Of a stretch of DNA of 64,000 nucleotides, positions 29,885 to 37,705 are shown piece after piece. The position numbers and the translations under genes are program-made. This DNA comes from an uncultured Solirubrobacteraceae bacterium (GTDB lineage Bacteria > Actinomycetota > Thermoleophilia > Solirubrobacterales > Solirubrobacteraceae): the NCBI GenBank assembly GCA_964588985.1, contig CAZPQW010000014.1, forward strand, positions 1-64,000. The letters run 5' to 3'. The notes below the pieces were generated by a model. It did not search any database. It was not told the DNA's origin and saw only the letters and a list, made by a program, of their open reading frames with translations. The number at the start of each line of letters is the position of its first letter. The stretch's first letter is position 1.

Positions 29885-29942
29885 GCATGCGGAAGGGCCT
29901 CCCGGTAGAGACCGGTCTCTCGGTTCCCGGTTTCGGTCGCTC

Positions 29943-32660
29943 TCACGCCCGCAACGAAGGCGTCGGGCGCGTGGGAGGCGACGCGCAGAGGCGGATGCGG
30001 GCGTCGACGATCACCGCACCGTCGTGCCCCGCGACGACCGGGTTCGCGTCGAGCTCGGCGATCTCCGGGTGCGCCTCCACGAGCGCGCTGAGCCGCAGCA
30101 GTACGTCTTCGACGGCCGCGATGTCGCTCTTGGGTGTGCCGCGGTAGCCGTCGAGCAGCGGGAACATGCGCAGTGAGCGCATCATCTCCGCCGCGTCGAG
30201 ATCGGTGAGCGGCGTGATGCGGACTGCCACGTCCTTGAGCAGCTCGGCGCTGGTGCCGCCGGCGCCGCACGCGATCACGGGGCCGAAGCTCTCGTCGTGC
30301 ACGACACCCATCAACAGCTCCACCCCCGGCTCGGCCATCGTCTGCACGAGCAGCCCGTCGAGCTTGTAGCCGGCCTGGCTGACCGACTTCGTGATCGCCC
30401 GCGCGCCCGCGGCGATCGCCCTGGGTCCGTCGAGTCCGACGCGCACGCCTCCGGCGTCGCTCTTGTGCAGGAGCTTCGCGGCGATCGCCTTCAGCGCGAC
30501 CGGGCCTCCTCCCAGCTCTTCGGCGGCCGTGACCGCCTCCTTGGCGCTTCCCACAACCCGCGTTGGGATCAGCGGCAGCCCGTAGCACTCGAGCAGCTCG
30601 GCGACCTGCAGGGGGCCGAGCCAGCCGGCTCCGGCGAGGATCTCGCGTGCGACGATCGCGGCAGCCCGCGTCGAGTCGACGCCCGTCAGACGCGGGATCG
30701 CTCCCTCGCCCCGCGCACGCCAGCGGGCGTATCCGGCGGCATGTGCGATCGCACCGGCCGCATCCTCGGGAAAGTCGAACGCCGGCACGCACAGATCGCC
30801 CTCGCGCAATTGCGGCGGGCTGCCGGCGGTCATGAACACCGCCGCGAGCGTGACGGCGCCGGTGCTCGCGGCCGCGGCGCGGATCTCACGAGCGACGTCG
30901 TCGGCGTCGGTCACGAGCGGCGGCACGAAGATCGCGACGATCGCATCGCACACGTCCTCCTCCACAAGCGTCTCGATCGTGCGCCGGTAGTCCTCCGCGG
31001 AGGCAGTGGCGACCATGTCGATCGGGTTGCCGAGTGACGCGTCGGCCGTGAGGAACCCGGCGAGCCGCCTGCGCGTTCGCTTGCCCACCTCCACCACCTC
31101 GAGGCCGTTGGCCTCACACGCGTCGGCGCACATGATCCCGGGGCCGCCCGCGTTGGTCACGATCGCGACGCGGCCTCCCCGCGGCGCCGGCTGAGACGAC
31201 AGCAGCGCGGCGACGTCGAATAGCTCGTGCATCGTGTCGGTGCGGATCACGCCCGCCTGCGCGAACAGCGCGTCGACGGTCACGTCGGAGGCCGACACGA
31301 GCGCGCCGGTGTGCGAGCTGCTGGCGCGTGCACCCGCGGTCGAGCGTCCGCTCTTGACGGCGACGATCGGCTTGGTCCTGCTCACGCGGCGGGCGATGCG
31401 CGCGAAGCGGCGCGGGTTCCCGAACGACTCGAGGTACATCAGCAGCACGTCGGTGTCGGGGTCGTGCTCCCAGTAGTCGAGCAGGTCGTTGCCGGAGATG
31501 TCGGCCTTGTTGCCGACCGACACGAAGGTCGAGAGCCCGAGGCCGAGGCGTGCCGCCGCCTCGAGGATCGCGATGCCCAGGCCGCCGCTCTGAGAGAGGA
31601 AGCCGACGCGCCCCGGCGCGGGGGTGCGCTCGGCGAACGTCGCATCGAGGCTCACCGACGGCGCGGTGTTGAACACCCCCAGGCAGTTGGGGCCGATCAG
31701 CCTCATGCCGCTCTCGCGGCAGATCTCCAGGAGCTCGCGCTGACGCTCCGCGCCCTCGGAGCCGGACTCGCTGAAGCCGGCCGAGATCACGAGCAGTCCC
31801 TTGACGCCCGCTGCTCCACATTCGCGCGCGACCTTGGCCACGTGCGCGGCCGGCACCGCGATCACCGCCAGATCGACCGGCGCGGGAACGGCCGCGATCG
31901 AGGTGTGGCTTCGCAGCCGCTGGATCGTGCCCCCTTTCTCGTTGACCGCATACACCGAGCCGGTGAAGCCCTTCGCGAGCAGGTTGTGCAGGAGCGCCCA
32001 GCCGACGGTATCGCGGTGGCGCGAGGCCCCGATCACGGCCACCGAGCGCGGGCGCAGAAAGCTCTGCAGGGCGGCGACGGCGGCGGTCTGCTCGCGCTGC
32101 TCGAAGCGCTCGAGGGCCTGCGGCGAGAGCGAGGTCGGCAGTTCGATCTCGATGATTTCGCTTGTCGCGCGCTGTGTGACGGGGAAGCCGCTGTCTGTGA
32201 ACACGTCGATCATCCGGTGGTTGTGTGGCAGCACCTCGGCGGTGAACAGCGCGATCGCGCTCTCCTCGGCGACGGCGGCGAGGTGGGCGAGCATGATCGT
32301 GGCGATCCCGTGGCCCTGCCACGCGTCCGCGACCATGAACGCCACTTCGGCGCGGTCCTCCGCGGTGCGGATGTAGGCGGCGTGCGCGACGACCCTCTGC
32401 TCTTGGCCGGTGGTCGCGACCAGCGCGAAGCGCTCGCTGCCGTTGACATCGACCGACCAGTCGGTGACCCACTCAAGGTTCACCGCGCCGAAGAAGCGAA
32501 AGCCGATCGATTCCGGTGAGAGCTCGTCGAGGAACGTGTGCATCTTCGGCCGGTCGGCTGGTGTCACCGGCCTGATGTGCAGCGTCGAACCGTCGCGCAG
32601 CGCGACGTGCACGTCGCTGGCGATCGGGTGATGCATGGCGGGGGAGGCGGAGGCGCTCAT
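29943..32660 (-). CDS. GNAT plus NDP-forming acyl-CoA ligase fusion (Pat-type protein acetyltransferase)
   Basis: N-terminal GNAT (EVAF.V.D.WQGHGIA), VAVIGAS, GPNCLG, SQSGG, SSHTGAL, C-terminal ATP-grasp (HKSD.GGV, ELDANP). Confidence 0.9.
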   Translation of the reverse strand: MSASASPAMHHPIASDVHVALRDGSTLHIRPVTPADRPKMHTFLDELSPESIGFRFFGAVNLEWVTDWSVDVNGSERFALVATTGQEQRVVAHAAYIRTAEDRAEVAFMVADAWQGHGIATIMLAHLAAVAEESAIALFTAEVLPHNHRMIDVFTDSGFPVTQRATSEIIEIELPTSLSPQALERFEQREQTAAVAALQSFLRPRSVAVIGASRHRDTVGWALLHNLLAKGFTGSVYAVNEKGGTIQRLRSHTSIAAVPAPVDLAVIAVPAAHVAKVARECGAAGVKGLLVISAGFSESGSEGAERQRELLEICRESGMRLIGPNCLGVFNTAPSVSLDATFAERTPAPGRVGFLSQSGGLGIAILEAAARLGLGLSTFVSVGNKADISGNDLLDYWEHDPDTDVLLMYLESFGNPRRFARIARRVSRTKPIVAVKSGRSTAGARASSSHTGALVSASDVTVDALFAQAGVIRTDTMHELFDVAALLSSQPAPRGGRVAIVTNAGGPGIMCADACEANGLEVVEVGKRTRRRLAGFLTADASLGNPIDMVATASAEDYRRTIETLVEEDVCDAIVAIFVPPLVTDADDVAREIRAAAASTGAVTLAAVFMTAGSPPQLREGDLCVPAFDFPEDAAGAIAHAAGYARWRARGEGAIPRLTGVDSTRAAAIVAREILAGAGWLGPLQVAELLECYGLPLIPTRVVGSAKEAVTAAEELGGGPVALKAIAAKLLHKSDAGGVRVGLDGPRAIAAGARAITKSVSQAGYKLDGLLVQTMAEPGVELLMGVVHDESFGPVIACGAGGTSAELLKDVAVRITPLTDLDAAEMMRSLRMFPLLDGYRGTPKSDIAAVEDVLLRLSALVEAHPEIAELDANPVVAGHDGAVIVDARIRLCASPPTRPTPSLRA

Positions 32661-34198
32661 CGTCGCTCCACGGCTCGAGTGACCTGCGCGATCTGTGCGT
32701 GCAGATCATGCTCGGTGTTCACCTTCAGAACCATCTCCCACGCCAGCTCGTCGAGCGGCTCGAAGGTGTGAAACTGCTCCGCGGCGATCTCGGGAGTGGC
32801 GTCCGACACGCGCCCCTTGTTGCGCAAGCGTCGTGTGGCGCGCTCGAGTGAAATCTCGATCGACGCTTCGCAGCGAACCACCAACAGCTTCACCCCGTCG
32901 TTGCCCAGGTGGTGGAACAGCAGCGCGCGGTCGGCCCGCGAGCGGCACGTCGCGTCGACGATCACGCCGCCCTCCTGGCGAACGACCGAGTCCGCCTCCC
33001 GGCCGAGCAGCTCATACGTCGCGCGCGTCGAGCGCTCGCTGTAGAGGTCAGGCTCACCGCGGTCGGTGCGGCTCAGCCCAGCCGCCGCCTTTCGCAGCGC
33101 ATCGGAGCTGACCACTCTCATCCCGGAGCGCCGGGAGAGCTCCGCCGCGAGCGTGGACTTGCCGCTCGCCGAGGGGCCGCACACGACCACGGCGAGCGGT
33201 CCCCTCGCGCGCCAGCACAGCCGTTCGCCCAGATCCCAAAACGCCTGCGCGTCGGCCGTCCGGCTCTGGCGCTCCTCGTCCTCGCGCTCCTCCGCGGCGA
33301 TCGCCGTGACCTTCGCGCGGACGAACGCGCAGTGGGCAGCGTAGAAGGACCGCAGCTCGGCGCCGCCGATGTCGAGACCCACGCCGCTGTAGCTCTCCAT
33401 CAGCTCGCGTGCGGCCCACCCCTGTCCCTGCGCCTCCAGGTCCATAGCCAGGAAGGCCAGATCACGGGCGATGTCGACGCGCAGCAGGTCCGGGTCGAAC
33501 TCGATGCGGTCGACGACGCGGACGGTGGGGAAACACAGCACATGCTCGCAGCGCAGATCGCCGTGCCCCACACGCACGAGCCCCGAAAGCGCGCGCCGCT
33601 GGAGTTCGTGTTCGTGTGAGGCGGCGAACGCCTCGCCGAACCCGGCCGCCGCGTCGAGGTCCCAGTCCTCTGGATGCTCGATCGCGCGCAACTCGGCGAT
33701 GTTCTGCCGCCAGGCCGCGAGCACCCGCTCGGCGCCCAAGTCCTCGACGATCGGCGCGGCACGGTGGAAGTCGGCGAGACGCCGCGCCACCGCGGCGACG
33801 ATCGCATGGGTCAAGACGCCGGCTTGGATGAGGCCCGCGAGCGTGTCCGCCTCGTCGAAGCGGACCATCTCGACCGCGTACTCGATCGCGTCGGGCGCTC
33901 CATCCTCGGAGAGGCGGAAGCCCGCGTCGGTGCTGAGGATCGCGAGCACGCCGAGGTAGATGTCGGGCGCCAGGTCGCGGTTGACGTCCACCTCTTCACG
34001 GCACGCGGCGTGCCTGCGCGCCAGCGTGCTGTAGTCGAGGAACCCGAGCTCGAGCGGCTTCTTGACCTTGTACGCGCGGTCGCCGGCGAGGAACACCCAC
34101 GAGGCGTGTGTCTCGTGAACGACGACCGGCGGATTCTCCGGGTACATCGAGGGAGAGGCGAGCGCATCGAGCATGCTCGCGGCGACGCCCGCGGTCAC
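32657..34198 (-). CDS. Aminoglycoside-phosphotransferase-like/AAA_33 kinase fusion (Rv2004c-like)
   Basis: ETHASWVFL, YKVKKP..LGFLDYST, HGDL, DRIEF, GPSASGKST, VDAT. Confidence 0.88.
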   Translation of the reverse strand: MTAGVAASMLDALASPSMYPENPPVVVHETHASWVFLAGDRAYKVKKPLELGFLDYSTLARRHAACREEVDVNRDLAPDIYLGVLAILSTDAGFRLSEDGAPDAIEYAVEMVRFDEADTLAGLIQAGVLTHAIVAAVARRLADFHRAAPIVEDLGAERVLAAWRQNIAELRAIEHPEDWDLDAAAGFGEAFAASHEHELQRRALSGLVRVGHGDLRCEHVLCFPTVRVVDRIEFDPDLLRVDIARDLAFLAMDLEAQGQGWAARELMESYSGVGLDIGGAELRSFYAAHCAFVRAKVTAIAAEEREDEERQSRTADAQAFWDLGERLCWRARGPLAVVVCGPSASGKSTLAAELSRRSGMRVVSSDALRKAAAGLSRTDRGEPDLYSERSTRATYELLGREADSVVRQEGGVIVDATCRSRADRALLFHHLGNDGVKLLVVRCEASIEISLERATRRLRNKGRVSDATPEIAAEQFHTFEPLDELAWEMVLKVNTEHDLHAQIAQVTRAVERR

Positions 34199-35226
34199 AC
34201 CGACACCTCCAGCACCGCGGCGCCCTGCAGGCGGCCGGCTCTGAGGTCCGCGAGTGCCTGTCCGGCGTCCTCGAGCGCATATGGCGTCACCTGCGTCTGG
34301 ACGGGTACGCGGGGAGCCAGCTCCAACAGGGCTCGTGCGTCCTCGCGTGTGAGGTTCGCGACCGACCGCACGGTGCGCTCGCCCCAGAGGATGTCGTAGG
34401 GGAAGCTCGGGATGTCGGACATGTGAATGCCGGCGCAAACGACCGTGCCGCCCTTGGCGACCGCGCGCAACGCGGCCGGGACGAGCTCTCCGGCGGAGGC
34501 GAAGATGATCGCCGCGTCGAGCTCCTCCGGCGGACGCTCCAGCGAGCCGCCCGCCCACTCGGCTCCGATGCCGCGCGCGAACGCCTGGGTCTCCTCGTCG
34601 CCGGAGCGCGTGAACGCGAACACGCGACGACCTTCGAAGACGGCGACCTGCGCGACGATGTGGGCGGAGGCTCCGAACCCGTACAGCCCGAGCCGCTCGC
34701 CGTCTCCGGTCATGCGCAGTGCGCGGTAGCCGATCAGCCCGGCGCACAGGAGCGGGGCGACTTGTAGGTTTGATGGAGGCCGGCATGGAGCGCCGGCCGA
34801 CCCCTCCTGATCATTCTCTGGGAGCGGGAAGCAGTAGCGCTCGTCCGCGACCGTCAGCTCGGCGAAGCCGCCGTCGATGTCGCGTCCGGTGAACCGCGCT
34901 TGGTCGCAGAGGTTCTCACGGCCGCTGAGGCAGTAGCGACACCGCCCGCACGTCCAGCCGAGCCACGGGATGCCAACGCGCGCGCCCACCGCGAGCGCCT
35001 CGCTCTCCGCCGTCGCCTCTCCGCGGGCAATGACGGTCCCGACGATCTGGTGGCCGGGGACGATCGGCGGCCGCGGAATGTCGACTTCTCCGTCGAGCAG
35101 GTGAAGGTCGGTGCGGCACACGCCGCACGCATGGACCCGTACGAGCACCTGGCCGCGCCCCGGTGAGGGCTCGGCGATCTCTGCCGCGCGCAATACGCCA
35201 GCGCGCTCGATTCGCATCGCTCGCAC
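34195..35226 (-). CDS. Zinc-binding alcohol dehydrogenase family protein (TIGR02822-like)
   Basis: CGVCRTDLH, PGHQIVG, LLCAGLIGYRAL, YGFGASAH, AGIHMSDIP. Confidence 0.9.
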   Translation of the reverse strand: MRAMRIERAGVLRAAEIAEPSPGRGQVLVRVHACGVCRTDLHLLDGEVDIPRPPIVPGHQIVGTVIARGEATAESEALAVGARVGIPWLGWTCGRCRYCLSGRENLCDQARFTGRDIDGGFAELTVADERYCFPLPENDQEGSAGAPCRPPSNLQVAPLLCAGLIGYRALRMTGDGERLGLYGFGASAHIVAQVAVFEGRRVFAFTRSGDEETQAFARGIGAEWAGGSLERPPEELDAAIIFASAGELVPAALRAVAKGGTVVCAGIHMSDIPSFPYDILWGERTVRSVANLTREDARALLELAPRVPVQTQVTPYALEDAGQALADLRAGRLQGAAVLEVSV

Positions 35227-35232
35227 CGTCAG

Positions 35233-35297
35233 AGCATGCCAGTCCCAGGCCGGCGAGATTCCGTAGAACTCCGCAACGCCGGGGTGAGTTTCCCCGA
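35233..35297. promoter_or_regulatory. Paired boxes between the divergent Zn-ADH and ppsA genes
   Basis: 35260-35275 tccgtagaactccgca and 35282-35297 (rc tcggggaaactcaccc), centred -41.5 and -63.5 from the leaderless GTG at 35226 (-10 CATGCT). Confidence 0.62.
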
Positions 35298-35361
35298 TGG
35301 CGAGACGACCGGGGTGCGCGAAGGTAGGTGAGCACGGTTACCCAACGGGGAGCGACACCAC

Positions 35362-37689
35362 ATGACAACCGCACTCCACGGCCTCGCGATCACGCGAGCC
35401 TTCTCCGATCTGGGACGGGACGACGTCGACTACGCCGGCGGCAAGGGCGCCAACCTCGGCGAGCTGACGGCGGCGGGCCTGCCGGTGCCGCCCGGCTTCG
35501 TGATCGGAGCCCCGGGCTATGCGGTGTTCTGCGAGGAGACCGGCCTGCGCGCCGAGCTCGCGGAGATGCTCGCGAGCGTCGACACCGAGGACTCCAAGGC
35601 GCTCGAGGCCGCGTCGGCGTTGGCGCGCCAGGCGGTGCTCGACACTCCGATCCCAGCGGATCTCCAGCACGCGATCGTCTCCTCCTACGAAGAGCTGGTC
35701 GGAGCCGACTCGGACGCGCCCGTCGCCGTTCGCTCCTCGGCCACGGCGGAGGACACCGCGTCGGCGTCGTTCGCCGGCATGAACGAGACCTTCCTCAACA
35801 CCCGCGGCGCCGATGCGGTGGTCGACGCGGTGAGGCGCTGCTGGGCCTCGCTGTTCGGCGCGCGCACGATCTACTACCGCGCCCAGCGCGGCTTCAGCCA
35901 GGCGGACATGGACATCGCTGTCGTGGTGCAGAGGCAGATCCCCTCCACCCGCGCGGGCGTGATGTTCACGATCGACCCCTCCAGCGGCGACACGCACAGC
36001 CTCGTCATCGAGGGCTCCTTCGGCCTCGGCGAGGCGGTCGTCTCCGGCAGCGTCTCGCCCGATCGCTACGTGGTGAGGAAGGACAACCTCGCGATCACCA
36101 CCCGCTCGGTGCGAGCGAAGGAGCTGACGATCGAGCCGGCGGCGGGCGGAGGAACGGTCACGCGCGAGCTGACCGCGGAGGAGGGCGCGCGCCCGGTGCT
36201 GACCGACGGCGAGGTGATCCAGCTGGCGAGGCTCGGTCTCGAGATCGAATCCCACTACGGCTCCCCGCAGGACACCGAGTGGTCGTTCGATCCCGACGGG
36301 ACGGTGTGGATGCTGCAGAGCAGGCCGATAACCACGACCGCAGCGGCTCCCGGAGCGACAGCCGAGCTTGCCGACACGCCACCGGCCGGCGAGCTGCTCG
36401 TGCGGGGGCTCGGCGCCGCCCCTGGTCGGGCGAGCGGACGGGTGCGACTGCTGAGCGATCCGCATGACACCTCCGCACTGCGCGACGGCGAGGTGCTGGT
36501 CGCGCACATGACGACCCCCGATTGGGTACCCCTGATGCGCAAGGCGGCGGCGATCGTCACCGACTCCGGCGGGATGACCTGCCACGCGGCGATCGTCTCG
36601 CGTGAGCTCGGGATCCCGTGCGTGGCGGGAACCGGCAACGCCACACAGAAGTTGCGCGGCGGCGAGATGGTTACCGTGGACGCGACGCATGGAGCGGTGA
36701 TCGAGGGGGGCGACACGACCCCGGCGCCGGCCGCGCCGACAGCCGTCGTGGTGGCGGATGCCTCCGCGCCGGTCACCGCGACGCGGCTGCTGGTGAACCT
36801 GTCGGAGCCGTCGCAGGTCGAGCGGACAGCCGCCCTGGACGTCGACGGGGTCGGCCTGCTGCGAGCCGAGATGATGGTGCTGGAGGCGCTCGAGGGCACA
36901 CACCCGAAGCAGCTGATCGAGGAGGGCAACACGGCGGAGTTCGTGGCGCGGATGGCCGATGCCCTCACGACGTTCACCGCCGGCTTCGCGCCCCGGCCGA
37001 TCACCTATCGCACGATCGACTTCCGCACCAACGAGTTCCGCGGGCTGCGCGGCGGCGAGCGCTTCGAGCCGCAGGAGGCCAACCCGATGATCGGCTATCG
37101 CGGCGCGCTGCGCTATACGCAGGAGCCCGAGGTGTTCGCCCTGGAGATGGAGGCGGTGCGGCGCGTGTGGGACGCGGGCCACTCGAACCTCCACGTGATG
37201 CTGCCGTTCGTGCGCACGGCGGACGAGCTGGCACGCTGCCGCGCGCTGATCGCCGAGACGGGGCTGCTCGACCGCCGTGGCTTCGAGCTGTGGGTGATGG
37301 CCGAGGTGCCCTCGGTGCTGTTCAACCTGGAGCGCTACGCGAAGCTCGGCATCACCGGCATTTCGATCGGCTCGAACGACCTCACCCAGCTGATGCTCGG
37401 CGCCGACCGCGACTCGGAGCTGCTGGCGGCGACGTTCGACGAGCGCGACCCGGCCATCGTGGACTACCTCGGCCAGCTGATCCCGCGAGCCCGCGAGCTG
37501 GGCCTGCACACCTCGATCTGCGGGCAGGCGCCCTCCGTGCACCCCGAGTATGCGGAGATGCTCGTGCGGCTGGGCATAGAGAACATCTCGGTGAGCGTCG
37601 ACGCGGTCGATCGCACCCGCAGGACGATCGCGGCCGCCGAGCAGCGGGTGGTGCTCGAGGCGGCGCGCAGGAGCGCCGACGCTCACTGA
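35362..37689 (+). CDS. ppsA: Phosphoenolpyruvate synthase
   Basis: GGKGANLGE, VRSSAT.ED, GGMTCHAAIVSRE (phospho-His), EANPMIGYRG, SIGSNDLTQ. Confidence 0.94.
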   Translation: MTTALHGLAITRAFSDLGRDDVDYAGGKGANLGELTAAGLPVPPGFVIGAPGYAVFCEETGLRAELAEMLASVDTEDSKALEAASALARQAVLDTPIPADLQHAIVSSYEELVGADSDAPVAVRSSATAEDTASASFAGMNETFLNTRGADAVVDAVRRCWASLFGARTIYYRAQRGFSQADMDIAVVVQRQIPSTRAGVMFTIDPSSGDTHSLVIEGSFGLGEAVVSGSVSPDRYVVRKDNLAITTRSVRAKELTIEPAAGGGTVTRELTAEEGARPVLTDGEVIQLARLGLEIESHYGSPQDTEWSFDPDGTVWMLQSRPITTTAAAPGATAELADTPPAGELLVRGLGAAPGRASGRVRLLSDPHDTSALRDGEVLVAHMTTPDWVPLMRKAAAIVTDSGGMTCHAAIVSRELGIPCVAGTGNATQKLRGGEMVTVDATHGAVIEGGDTTPAPAAPTAVVVADASAPVTATRLLVNLSEPSQVERTAALDVDGVGLLRAEMMVLEALEGTHPKQLIEEGNTAEFVARMADALTTFTAGFAPRPITYRTIDFRTNEFRGLRGGERFEPQEANPMIGYRGALRYTQEPEVFALEMEAVRRVWDAGHSNLHVMLPFVRTADELARCRALIAETGLLDRRGFELWVMAEVPSVLFNLERYAKLGITGISIGSNDLTQLMLGADRDSELLAATFDERDPAIVDYLGQLIPRARELGLHTSICGQAPSVHPEYAEMLVRLGIENISVSVDAVDRTRRTIAAAEQRVVLEAARRSADAH

Positions 37690-37705
37690 CGACAAGCGGG
37701 TGAGC

